Notes: a model not told the origin generated them from the letters alone. A DNA stretch of 64,000 bases from the human T2T-CHM13v2.0 reference genome, Homo sapiens (GCF_009914755.1 NC_060928.1), one strand, 5' to 3'; counted from the first letter of the stretch, positions 26,111 through 41,039 are shown. Translations and numbers: made by a program.

Positions 26111-28073
26111 ATTGCCTCCCCACCTTTGGAACAATCATCAAGACCATGCACTCTGTTTTTCAAAGTTCTATCCATCTTTTGATGACTAAGACAAAAGCCA
26201 GGCTAGCCCTAGGTAATGCTATCATCGCTAACTCAGCCTTTGGCAGAAGATGCCCTGTGAGCCCCGTAAGAAACAGACCCTGGCCTGGTTGGACATCTCT
26301 CAGGAAGCCAGGCCTACTGGGAAGTTCTACTGGATTTATTTATGGGGGTCTCCTTCTCCACTGAAGATCATTCTAGAGGGATAAGTGAGGACTATGTGCA
26401 CTTCAGATCTTCTAACAAGTTGTTTATGCCCTTCTCGGTAGAAAAATGTTCCCAACCAGTTCTGGATATGGTGCTAAACTTAAGTAAAATAGCAGTGTTT
26501 AAGTCAACTGAGTAAAAAGAACAGTCAAGAGGAAATGAAATAAATAATGTTTTCAAGTTGTCCAGATGCATCACTATTCATTTTATTTCTGTCATCACTA
26601 TTATTTTTACTTAGTTGATATGTGAATCTGTGCCATGAGGAGCTACTGGGGATTAAATCTCAAAAGACCTAGGAAGGAAATGCCAGCACTCTAATTGCTC
26701 AATGGCTGTGTGAAAAATTCTCTGAAAGAAAAAGGCAAGGTTCATAAATAACATGTGAATATTCTTCTCCAAAATGTGGAAAGTGGCACTAGTTGATTGG
26801 ACGATAAGTAGATGAAATAAACTGCTCTGCTTTGCTAGATCTTATTAAATGAACAGAAATATTAACTTAAATCTTTCCAAAGAGGGTGTTTTGAATAAAA
26901 AAAAAATCATAGTTAACAATAGTCACAACCATCAGGTTTGACTGAGTAAGCTGTGAACTGAAAAAAGCTGGTGTCTACGAGAAAGGGGAGAATAAAAAAA
27001 AAAAAGATTTCTGCTGACTTGGACTGAGTGAACATTTCTATTCAATGTGCTTAGGCCCTGGGCCAGAGGAGAGCTCAGATACAATGCCAAGGTGACATAT
27101 TTAACCTCTTTGCAGATTAAAGGCAGTGCAAAAGAGATACTCTTTCTGCAGTACCTCTTGGTGTACTGTTTCAACAGTATTGATCTGCAGTTAAAAGCAT
27201 GTTTTTTTTTCTTTTCTTTTCCTTTCTTTTCTTTTTTTCTCTTGCAGAGTGACCTTTAATACCTGGGAAGGATGAATAAGCACAACCTACATTATTGCTT
27301 TATTTTAGAAAAGAGAGCCAGAAATGGTAGTACATTATAATATGAGTTACCATAATCTCTTTAGCTCTTTAATTCTCTTCTCCCATTTTTGCTTTTGTAA
27401 ATAAGACATTATCAAGAATTAGAGAAATTTTAGGTCTATGTGTGAGCATCTTAACAAATGATAGTAGGAGGCAAAAAATAATTAGTTATAAAGCTGTAAA
27501 AGGGAACCAAGAAAGGGAAAATAATCGCAATAACTTAAAAATAATCAAACAAGAATATAGTATAAAAGGAGAAATTTTCCTACCTTTTGGAAAAGCAAAA
27601 AGTTCCGTTTCTACATTGCTGTTAGGCTCAGGAGATTGAATAACTTTAGATAATTTAAACATGGAAAACATACAAATTATTTGATTTGAAATTTTTTTTA
27701 AAAACTACCTTCTTTATAGTTTATTTCATATATGTAATAAAGTACTTCTACAAAACACATTTCAGGATTCAGGCTTCACTAAGATCTGAATGCTACTGAG
27801 GCGATCAACAGTTCCACATTTCTATTCTTGGTCTTCACTAAAATCACCATCATTTATTAGTACTTGCTATTTAATTTCGCAGGAAACAAGAAAACATGAA
27901 TACAAATGGTAAAATTCTCTATGAAGTATCTTTTCTGTAAATCACACAAAACTTTTTTTGGTAAATAAATGGCTTTGTATTATTTAGGCAAAAATATTTG
28001 ACAGCTTTATCAGATCACGCAAATCAGCTTAACAAATGCAATTAGATAATGCCGTAAATTTATTACAACTTAC

Positions 28074-28532
28074 CTTTAAGTAAGGGGCTGGACCCAGAGC
28101 CACTGCAGAAAAATTGAAGTTGAATCCCCTCTGCACACAGACAGGGAATAAAAGTTTGACAAACACCCAAGAAAAACTCTTTAAATCCCTTTCCTCGTTA
28201 GCTCTGCTTCTTTGCCCAGAGGCATATTCAAGTCTACTGGAGTTGAAATTCTGCTGCTCTGTCAACTAGTGGGGGTCTGAAGTGACAGACGAGAATTTGG
28301 AGGTTGGCACCAGAGAGTATTTCAGACTGTCATCGTTTTTGTTGCAGATTCCTGGATTTCCCTAGCAGGCTGGCCTCTCATGCGAGGGCTTTACAGGCAG
28401 TGCTTGCAAACCAAAAGGGAAAGAGCTAATTCTGGTGGCGTGGATGGGGTTAACAGTCTTCCCCTCAAGCTCTTGTTCTCAGAGCCTCATAACTTGGCCA
28501 GAATATAAGCACTTGGCTCTTTATGCATTTTT
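28074..28532 (-). other. SPARCL1: SPARCL1 (hevin) non-coding exon 1 / 5' UTR; 5' end uncertain (about 28400-28535)
   Basis: Minus strand reads ...GCATGAGAGGCCAGCC...CTGCAGTGGCTCTGGGTCCAGCCCCTTACTTAAAG|GTAAGT, matching my recollection of the SPARCL1 mRNA leader; consensus donor with GT at 28073-28072; lies in a repeat-free island. Not verified by search. Confidence 0.88.
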
Positions 28533-28760
28533 TTTCTTTTTCAAACAACTCTGAAAGGTTTTATAAGCAGCATCCCTTTTTTGGAGATTTTTATTTTAAG
28601 ACCTTGAAAAGAAACTCCATGCTGTTGTTTCTTTCTAAAGGAAATTGGGGAGTAGGGATTAAAGGAGGGAAGAAGAGAAATGGCAGCAGATGCATTTTTA
28701 CGTTGCTCAATTGGAAATTGTTCTAGCAAATACAGTCTGAATTTTAATAGAAGGGTACTT
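28533..28760 (-). promoter_or_regulatory. SPARCL1: SPARCL1 proximal promoter with TATA box (TATAAAA, 28565-28559)
   Basis: TATAAAA on the minus strand about 30 nt upstream of AAAAATGCATAAAG (28532); unique sequence next to exon 1. Confidence 0.6.
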
Positions 28761-29024
28761 CAGATACCTTAACCTTCTTTGAATGAGATTTGGAAATGGA
28801 CATATATAAAAATGATTGCTCCTTATATTATAGATCACTTGTATGCTGATTCAGAAATGTTGCAGTTCTCCCCTCAACACAGCTCTCCACTGTAACTCCA
28901 TGGTTATAATGGTTGGTATCTAAGAAGGAGGTTTCCCATAAAAAGAATGGAGGTGTGCACTTATTTTTGGCCTGGGATTCTGGTTGTTTGTATGTGTCTA
29001 ATCTCTTCTACTGCTACTTCTACA

Positions 29025-29530
29025 TTTATCACACATTTATTATGTGTCAGACACTGTGCTAACAGCTTTTTATGCGTTATTATCAGTTGATCCTCACTAC
29101 GCATGGTAAGTTTTACTGTGTTCCCATTTGAGGGGTAGTGTCATACAGTGGTTGGATTGGCAGAATTTGAGGCCAGCCAGCTTGGATTTGCATCCTATCT
29201 TCACCACTTCCTAACTATGACCCGGGACAAGTTATATAACCTCTCTAAAGCATCAGTGCTTTTATCTATAAGACAGGGATATACATATGGAAATGATGAT
29301 AATATCTATCTCTGCAATTGTTCTGAGTTTTAAGTTAGTTAACATGATAAACTGCATAGAACACCCCTGCCACGTAGCAGACACTCAATAAATGTTAGCT
29401 ATTATCATTTACATAAGAGGAAACCAAAGCTTAGTAAGGGTGTTTTTTCTAGGGTATCCAACTGTAACTTACAGGATGGGATTCCAAATCAGCTACCATG
29501 GCTGACAGCCACACTTGTGTAACTTATCTA
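29025..29530. mobile_element. Plus-strand MIR (about 29133-29408) nested in a minus-strand MIR
   Basis: gacaagttatataacctctctaa...cactcaataaatgttagctatt, flanked by antisense MIR halves. Confidence 0.7.
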
Positions 29531-29574
29531 TAATCCCTCTATTATGTGATATAGACACATATATATATCATACC

Positions 29575-29690
29575 TGCTTCTGAGAAAGCTGTAAACTCCT
29601 TGAAGGAAGGGGATGTGCCCTTTCTGCATTCTCCTGGTGCCTAGCACAGTGCTTTGCATCCTGTAAATGTTCCATTATCATCAGATGAAT
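29575..29690 (+). mobile_element. L2 3' end
   Basis: ctgtaaactccttgaagg...gtgcctagcacagtgc. Confidence 0.7.
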
Positions 29691-29849
29691 AATTATAATT
29701 TAATTTAATTTAATTTAGATTTTCTAAATGCATGCCAACGTCTGGCCAAAAGCAAAAACACTGACAAAAACAAAATAAAACCAAAATAAACCAAAAACCC
29801 CCACCTACATTTCTAGGCAAATATGCCCTCAGCCAAATCTCTCAAAACA

Positions 29850-30025
29850 CTTTAGAATTATTTGCCCTATTTATTTTCAGAACACTGCAAGAAAAAGGTA
29901 ACAAGGATTATCTCTACTTTGCAGTTGGAGAAATTTGGGAGCAGAGGAAACTGGGCACTTTGCCTAGGAGCCAAAAACAAGTCACGGTGCAGCTGGGAAC
30001 ACTCACGTCTCTAGAATCAGGATAA
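29850..30025 (-). mobile_element. Degenerate MIR
   Basis: attatctctactttgcagttggagaaatt...tttgcctagg...gcagctgggaac. Confidence 0.5.
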
Positions 30026-30090
30026 CTTGTTCCAAACCGCCTTTCCCAGGACAGCATGAAAGGACTTGATGTCTTTTTGCCTCAGACAAT
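30007..30090 (-). other. Candidate alternative upstream first exon of SPARCL1 (5' end unknown)
   Basis: GAC|GTGAGT donor (GT at 30006-30005) in the same orientation as exon 1, 1.5 kb upstream, within a MIR remnant. Confidence 0.4.
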
Positions 30091-31094
30091 AGGATGTTTT
30101 TCCTTAGCCAAGGTCTAGGGGTTGAGCAATCTCCTCGGAGGAAGGATAAAGGGGTGGGCAGTGTTTGACCATGCTTCTCCCTGGTGTGCACATCCTCTGT
30201 GCACATCTGCTCTGAGAAGTGTGGAAGACACAGACCATTTTTCCAAGTCTCCCAAGGGGCTTGGGAGCAGTGAGACTATTGCAGAATAAGTAAGAAAAGC
30301 ATTTCTGAGGATTTGGCCTTAGTTGGCTAAAGAAAATTTTCTTGGGGACCCAAAATATTAACTTCTTATTCTAACTAGCATTCCCCATTTATTTAAGATG
30401 GCTTTGTAAGATTGATTTCAGGTGATTACATCAATTCAACGAGAATGTAGAAAAAAATTTCATTTAAAGGGCTCTGGAAAAAAAGTTACCCGACTAAAAT
30501 TTTTTTCTGCTAAAATTGATATTTTATGCTTCTGTAAAATGATCAAAATAAATTTTCTTATGTAACTGTGTTAACCTAAAAAGTAATTACTTAAAGCAAA
30601 CTGGATTCATCTCTTAAATGTAAATAGGTACCTAGAGAGTTCATTTGTAGGTGGCAAAGCTTGAGAATTTTGACTTTCAGTTTTATTGGAGGTCTTATTA
30701 ATTTATAACATGATTAATAAAGACCCACTGTATTTCTTACAACAAAACAAGAGAGAAAAATGAATAAAAAAAGGCCTTTGAATTCGCGGTGTCTTTTCAG
30801 TATAGCTTTATTTGGAAATGTTTGTTGGCAGATATTCAAACTCTCATTGTTTCTGAAGCTGTTTTTTCTAAAATAGTTTACAGTTCAGAAAGCTGAGGAC
30901 AATAAACCTGCAACAATACTCACCTAACAGATGGAGCTACAGATCAGATTTAGAAAACGTATGAGACGTCCAAATGGGTTGGGAAAAGTTTGACAAAAAG
31001 CTCATTATGTTACTGTACATGAAGAGACGTAACATCACTGTTGGTCAGAGGATGTGACAGATGTCAACATCTAAATGGATTTTCTTTTTTCTTT

Positions 31095-31222
31095 TTTTTT
31101 ACCTTTTAGTGTTAGGATTCCCTTTGAGAATCTGATGAAAGCTGTGGGCAAGCTCCTAAAACCCATCTATGAAACTCCCCCCCAGTATCCTCTCAGGGAT
31201 TCTATGAAGTTAAAAACCCCTA
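31095..31222. mobile_element. MER103/MER117-like hAT-Charlie fragment
   Basis: ccctttgagaatctgatgaaagct...gttaaaaacccct. Confidence 0.6.
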
Positions 31223-31516
31223 ATTCAGGGGAAGGAGCAGAGAACACGTTAATTAATCCTCAAGCATATACAGAACTTCTTTGTTACATATAGCAGAAGC
31301 CTCTGGGTGATATCAAAGATGTACTTCCTGCCTATTAGGAGTCCAAGAGCCAAGGCATATGCTCATTGTCAGAGGTCACATGATTCTTTTGGAATAGTGG
31401 AGATCCCCAGGAAGGAGGTAAGTATGGGTGAGTGAAAAAGCTGCAGTAAAAACAGAGTGTCTGTATTGATCTTGGCCAGGACCTGGCCTGTAGGACCCTC
31501 TTCCTTGATTACCCAA

Positions 31517-31901
31517 TGTATTAGTTTCCTAGGGCTGGCGTAACAAAATACCACAAATTGGGTGGCTTAAACAGCAGAAATTAATTTTCTCACAGTTCTG
31601 GAGGCTGGAAGTCCAAGATCAAGGTGCCAGCAGGGTTGGTTTCTCCTGAGGCCTCTCTCCTTGGCTTGTGGATGGTCACTTTCTCACTGTGTCCTCACAC
31701 AGTCCTTCCCCTGGGCATGTGTGCTTCTGGTGTCTCTGCCTCTTTTTATAAGGACGCCAGTGCTGTTGGATTAGATCCTCACGTTTACGTCTTCATTTAA
31801 CCTTAATTTACCTCTTTAAAGGCTCTGTCTCTAAATATAGTGACAATGGGGGTTAGAACTTCAATTTATGAATTTTGGGGGAAATAATTCAGCCCATAAC
31901 A
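31517..31901 (-). mobile_element. MLT1A-type solo LTR
   Basis: tgtattagtttcctagggct...aattcagcccataaca; TSD cccaa / cccca. Confidence 0.92.
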
Positions 31902-32472
31902 CCCCATTACACTTAAAATATTTTTCCCATTATGTTTTTAATACCTTGATATTTAGTTCTCTGTGGGTCTTGCTTCTGGGACCCATCTTGAGGTCTCAAT
32001 TCCAGGTGAGTTACTGATCTCTGCCTGTGGAATTTCCTTACCCCCACAGTACCATCATAACTTGACACTGAACAATTTCAGATCTCTCAGTTCTGTGTTG
32101 ATTATTAACCCTCTGGGTCATTTTCTGACTATGGACTCTTGCAGGAGTTTATTCTAGCTATCCTTTCCCAGGCCAGCCCTTCTATGGGTTTAGTCATACC
32201 CTCTATTTGGTCTTAGGCATAGGCTTGATACACAGAGAGCAATTAACGAGTAAGACAGTAGCAAAATGTGCACAATATTTTGTTAAATATAATGTGGACA
32301 TTATTATGTTACACATTACACATTATGTTTATACATTACACATTATATTTCACAAAATTACACTACACATTATATATTTAACAAAATTAAATATAACGTG
32401 TAATGTAATTAATTGCTTTTTTTAGTAATAAATTTTGAAGCAAAATAAGTGAAACTAAAAGGAGAAAGATAG

Positions 32473-32785
<313 letters not shown>

Positions 32786-32884
32786 AGGACTAGTGGATTT
32801 TAGATATCAGGCTAAGCAGTTTGATCTTTATTCATTAGATAAAAGGGAGATCTGGAAAGTTTTCTCATTGAATGTTAGGGAGTG

Positions 32885-33240
32885 TAAGAAGAACATGTTA
32901 TGCTGTAGTAACAAGTAATCCCCAAATATCAGATGCTTACAACAACAAATTTTTTTTTTTTTCTATTCTTGCCACATGTTTATTGCAGGTCTGCTGCAAT
33001 TCTGTTACATGTCTTTATTCTGGAGTGTAGGCTGATGGACCAATTCCCTTGGCAGAAGAAAAACAGATACAGCAAAATATGCTTGGTTTGTGAAGCTTCT
33101 GCCTGGGTGTAATACTTATCATTTCTGCCTACATTTCATTGATCAACATAAGTCATTTGACCACAGCTGACTTCAGTGGGATGGGGAGTATATTCCTCCC
33201 ATCCAGAGGATGGACCCTGTATAGGCAAGAGAACCAGAAA
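32885..33240 (-). mobile_element. Old MLT1 (J/K/L-type) LTR
   Basis: gttatgctgtagtaac...cctacatttcattgatcaacataagtcat. Confidence 0.7.
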
Positions 33241-34475
33241 ATAGATTTTCATCAGGAATGGAAGGAGACCCTGTTGAGAAAAAAAGTATTAGGAAAAAGG
33301 AAGAAAAGAAGATAGAAGAGGCAGAGCAAAGTTTTAAGAAAAGCACGGCGGGGCAGATGTAAGACATAAAGGGGGGAAGGGAGAGAAAATTAGGGCAAAA
33401 ATAAGAGGCAGCCCTATAAAGACACAAATAATTGAGACAACTGGGATAACAGAAATATAAAGGGTTAGATTATCTTAGTGCCGTACAATCACGTGGTTCT
33501 ATAGAGCCATAAGAGGTTTGCATTAGTTTCCTGGGCTGTCATAACAAATTACCACAAGCTGGGTGGCTTAAAACAACAGAAATGTATTTTCTTGAAGTTC
33601 TAGAGGCTAAAGGTCTGAAATTAAGGTGTCAGCAGGCACCTGCTGCATCCCAATGCCATAGGGAAGAATACTTTCTTGCCTCTTCCTGACTTCCACTGGG
33701 TGGCTTCCAGAAACACCTGGTATTTCTTGGCTCATAGCCGCATCACACCAGTCTCTGCTTCCCTCTTCTCATGACCTTCTTTCCCTGTGGGTCTCCTGTG
33801 AATCTCTGTGTGCCCTCTTCTTGTGAGGACACCAGTCATTGGATTTAGGGTTTACCGTAATCCAATGTGACCTCATCTTAACTTGATTACATCTGCAAAG
33901 ACCCTATTTTCAAATAAGCTCACACTCACAGGTATGAAGGATGAAGACTTGAACATACCTTTTTGGGGAGCAATTCAACACATTATAGTCCATTCTCTGG
34001 TCCCCCAAAATTCATGTCTTTTCCACACGCAGAATACATCCATCCCATTCTTAACCCATTTCAAATTTCTGAACCTATTCCGGCATTAACTCTAAATTCC
34101 AAATCTCATTTAAATACCATCGAGTCAAAAAGTCCTAAATATCATCATCTAAATCATCTAAATCAGGTGTATGTGAGTTTCTTGGTATGATTTATCCTGA
34201 TTCCTCATCTATGAAACTAGAAAACCAGTTACCTCTCCCCAAATACAATGGCATAGTATAAACAGTTTCATTCTGAAATGGAGAAAATGGAAGGAATACA
34301 TAAGTGGACAAGGGTCATTTGTTCCAAGCAAGTTCAAAACAGAGCAGGCCAAATTCCATCATGTTTCAGGCCTGAGAATAATCCTCTGTGGTTCAGTGCG
34401 CTGCTCTTTGGCCCTCAGAGGCTCTGCCCTCGGGGCCTGCAGGAACCCCACCGGTTCCTGAACTATCTTCTGAGT

Positions 34476-34844
34476 TGTATTACTTTGCTAGAGCTGCCAT
34501 AGGAAAATACCACAGGCTGAGTGGCTTAAACAGAAGAAATTTATTTTCCTCCCAGTTCTAGAGGCTGGAAATCCACGGCCAAGGTGTCAGGAGGGTTGGT
34601 TTCTCCCCAGGCCTCTCTCCTTGGCTTGCAGATAACCACCTTGCTGTGCCCTCACGTGGTCCTTCTCCTGTGTGTATCTGTATTCTAATCCCTTCCTATA
34701 AGGACACCAGTCATTGTGGATTAGGGACCACTCTTATTACTTGACTTTACCTTAGTTACTTTAAAAGCCTTATCTCTAAATATAGTCACATTCTGAAGTA
34801 TTTTAACATATGAATTTTGAGGAGACACAATTCAGCCTATTACA
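34476..34844 (-). mobile_element. MLT1A-type solo LTR nested in MLT-int
   Basis: tgtattac...cctattaca; TSD tgagt / ggagt. Confidence 0.88.
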
Positions 34845-34861
34845 GGAGTCATTTATTCATG

Positions 34862-35803
<942 letters not shown>

Positions 35804-36625
35804 TAACACATGTTCGCAGTCATATAGAATTTTGAAAGTCCTACAGCCTTCATTTTATCCTGCCTCTGTTTCTTGAAGCCCAGGTTGGCAGTATTTCTGC
35901 TGATATAACATTCTTAAAAACATTATTGGTTTCCTATGCAATTCATGGGGATCTGGCCCATCAGACAAGAAGGTCCTGCACAGATTTTCCTGGATAAACC
36001 CACTTGTATTTCTGGCTCCTGCTGAGAAGGTTGACTGAATCCATGGGTCACACTCACATACCTAATCTCTATAACAAAAGGCTGTTTAGCCAGATTCTTG
36101 GTGTTCTCCCCAGAGCATGCTTTCTCGCCATTTGCATTCTGGATAGGCTGAGAATTTCCAAAGTCATCAAGTTCTATGTTGCTTAATAGTTTCTTCCTCC
36201 AATTATCTCTTTCCTCTCATTTTCTACTATAAACAGCAAGAGAAAACCAGGCCACATTTTCCACACTGTGTTTGGAAATCTCATCAGTTCAATATCCAAG
36301 TTCATCACTTATGAGTTCTGCTTTCCACCCAACAGTAGAACATAATTCAGTCAAGTTCCTGCCATTTTATAACAAGAATCGCCTTCCCGACAGTGTCAAA
36401 TAACATGTTCTTCATTTCCTCTGAGTCCTCACCAGAAGCACCTTAACATTTATATTTCTACCAACATTCTGTTTGTGACAATATACATGTTCTCTAAGAT
36501 GATAGACGATTTATCTACAGTTCTCCTTACTTCTTTCTGAGCCCTTCCTGGAATCTCCTCTAACGTCCACATTTCTACCAACAATCTTTTCAAGGCAATC
36601 TAGGATCTTTGAAACCATGTGTCTA

Positions 36626-36930
36626 GGCTGGGAGTGGTAGCTCATGCCTATAATCCCAGCATATGGGAAGCTGAGATGGGTGGATCATTTGAGCTCAGGA
36701 GTTCGAGACCAGCCTGGCCAACATGGTGAAAACCCATCTCTATTAAAAATATGAAAATTAGCCTGGCACAGTGGCATGTACCTGTAATCCCAGCTACCTG
36801 GGAGGCTGAGGCATGAGAATCGCTTGAACCTGGGAGGCGGAGGTTGCAGGGAGCCAAGATTGCACCGCTGAACTCCAGCATGGGTGACAGAGCAAGACTC
36901 AGTCTCAAAAAAATGAAAAAAAAAAAAAAA
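36626..36930 (+). mobile_element. AluS
   Basis: TSD gtgtcta. Confidence 0.95.
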
Positions 36931-37559
36931 GTGTCTAAAAATTCTTCCCACTACCACCACTATCCAATTCCAAATCCACTTCAACATTTTTAGGAATTTG
37001 TTATGGCGGTATCCCATTCTCAGTACCAAAATCTGTATTGGTTTCCAAGGGCTGCCATCACAACTTACCATAAACTGTTTGGCTTAAGACAATAGAACTT
37101 TATTTTCTCAAAGTTTTGGGGGCCAAAACTCTAAAATCAAGGAAGCAGGGCCATACTCTCTCCAAACTCTGTAGGGAAAAATCCAAAAGAATCTAGCCTG
37201 ATGGTATTTGCTGTGAACATGGACTGCCAGGTTTATTGCCAGAGTGCTAGACATGTGCGTCTGAGTTCCAGGCCCAAAGAGTTATGTATATCCATTACTT
37301 TGATTCAGAATTGGTACATTCTAAATTGAAGGACATTTGGAGTTGAAGTTCACTGCCTGTTGTTTTCTTAACCCTTTAATCCTTCATGCTACCTCCCTAT
37401 CAGGTGCTAGGCTATCATAAGACATAAAAAAGGCCTGGAGGGTTTTGCTAATCACTGATGCCACTGAATACTACCAGAAATAAGTTCTATTCCTCAAGCT
37501 AAATTACACCAATCAAGCCCTGTAAGGAAGGAAAGTGTATTTAAAATCCTTGCTGTCAC

Positions 37560-37825
37560 TGGAGGAAGTATAGCAGAAAATTGATGAGTCAGAAAGACCT
37601 GAATTCAAGTTCCAGCTCTGATGCTTCCTAGCTGTGTGATGTTGGGCAAGTTACTTAACCTCTCTCTCTGTGTCTCATTATCCTTATGTGTCCAATAAGG
37701 ATGATAATAAAACCTGTCTAATAGGGTAGCTGCGAGGAAAAGAGATGATGTTTGCATAGTGCTTTGCCCAATTCATGACTAGACTGGGGTTCAATATATG
37801 ATAATAATGGCGATGATGATGAAGG
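37560..37825 (+). mobile_element. MIR
   Basis: tagctgtgtgatgttgggcaagttacttaacctctct. Confidence 0.85.
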
Positions 37826-37846
37826 CCAATAAGAAAGCTGAATATT

Positions 37847-39140
<1,294 letters not shown>

Positions 39141-40719
39141 AAGAAAGCTGAATATTGTTGAAGATTGTGTCAAGGAACCTCTGTAATAGGATATAGAACG
39201 CCTCCTCTTTTCACATGAACTGCTAATACTATATGTGAAGAATGACGATTTTTAGGCAGAGGGGTGAAACATATCCCTTTAGTCAAGCTATGCAAACACA
39301 GCAGCTGCTCACATAAATTCCTTGAGTTTTATGCCGTTGTCTTTTCTCAGACAGAGCCCTCATTGAGTTTGGGAGAATTTGGGTTGGCTGGGTAATAACC
39401 GCATGAGCTATGTAGCTACTCTTTCATTCTGACCTCACCTTGGGATAGACACAGAACCCAATGTATCAAATCGCCTGGTGTACAGATCTCTTGTCCAAGT
39501 GAGGTGCAGCTGAACTTTATATTTCTGTGCATTTGACTTGCAGGCTGCGTCTTATTCACCAAGACAGAAGTTTATACTTGGGCCTTCTCATGGGTGAGGT
39601 CACTTTGCTGTTATTAGCCAAACGCCGCTCTTCTCCAAATGTCTGATGTTTTCTTGGCTGTAGTGTTCAGTTCCCAGAGCAAGATGTTTTAGACTAAGAA
39701 GTACTGCTTGTGCAATGACGCAAAGCCTATTCTGGAAATTTGCTCCAATGGTTGTGTTTTCTTGTTGGTTTTGAGCAACGGTATTTGTATTTTTGTTGAT
39801 ATTTCCCTTGTGAAGGAGCAATGGGTTTGTTAGATTTTGCGTGGTCTGATTGTACAACGTCAGGGATGCAGCTGAGGCTTTGTCTCTAGCAAATGTTAGG
39901 CGAGCCAAATTCGGACTGTTTAGAGTCTACATTGGCATTAACTGGCTGGCAACTTGAAATGAGACAAAAATGAATGATTTGCACAATGCCTGTCCTCGCT
40001 AGCTCAGTATTTCTTAAAAATTTCTTTTCATTGTCACTCCCCCAAGGAGCTTTTTGAACATTTTTTTCCTGAATGTCTCCTCCCACCATGAAATTTTAAT
40101 ACTCCAGATACACCGTATATCTATTTATATAATATTATCTGTATCTGTGTTTTATATATAAAAGAATAGAATTCTAGCTACCCCTGAACCAATTTTGCCC
40201 TTTTACTAATGATCCTCACCAATTGACTGAAACACATCTCATGCCTGAAAAAAACACAATTTACTATGGGGTAATTCATTGGCAATTACAATTTATAGCT
40301 GGAGAAACTGAGTCATGAATGATTTTCTAAGAACTTGATATAATATTTATAACAGCATTCATTACTCTACAAACATTTATAAAAGAACACAGAAGAATAA
40401 CTTTTTGAATACATTACAGTTACTTTTCGGAGGAAATGCAGTAAAAATCTTTATAATTATAAGCTTTTTGTCCATGTTGTTAGCGCTTCTCATGTTGTGT
40501 GCTAAAGTTGGTTGAGATCTGTAAAAGCACAGGACAAATATTTCCTGCACATGCCCTTTTTCATTCCTATGCTCTAATCCCTGATGAAAGCCCCAATCAC
40601 TTCACGTCTGACTGTTTTCCCTACCTCTGGACTCACATTCACAAATGCAAATTGCCCTCAAGGGCCAGGGAGGCCACAGAAATTAACGAAGGGGGCCCGA
40701 AGTAAGAAAACGACACTCT

Positions 40720-41010
40720 CCCAACACAGGCAGGGATGACTGGCAGCTGACACATGGCCTTTGTGTTAGGAAGACAAGAGGGGGTGCATGGGACTTGGGA
40801 AATGGAAAATATGTAGTCCATCTGAAGGTGGCAGCTGCTACTCAATTCTTGTAGCTTTATTGTCACAGGGAAATGGCAGCCCAACATTGTCTGATCATTT
40901 TACTGTTTTAGAGAGAAACCAGAAATCTAACATTTTATGGGATTATTAAATATTGACCAATAGTCTTTGTGCCAAATAAAACGGGTCTGTGAGCTGGGCT
41001 GGGCCACTGA
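40720..41010 (+). mobile_element. MER102-like hAT-Charlie
   Basis: ggcagctgctactca...gagaaaccagaaatc...gccaaataaaacgggtctg. Confidence 0.65.
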
Positions 41011-41039
41011 ACACTAAGCTTTGAGCACAGTTCCAGAGA

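Noticed and set aside
28029-28265. 78-aa minus-strand ORF over exon 1
   Set aside because: Starts at TTG, runs through the donor into the intron and resembles no known protein; this is 5' UTR.
32889-32905. Possible glucocorticoid response element AGAACAtgtTATGCT
   Set aside because: Imperfect half-site at an LTR edge; I saw no canonical element by eye, though a PWM scan could miss fewer.
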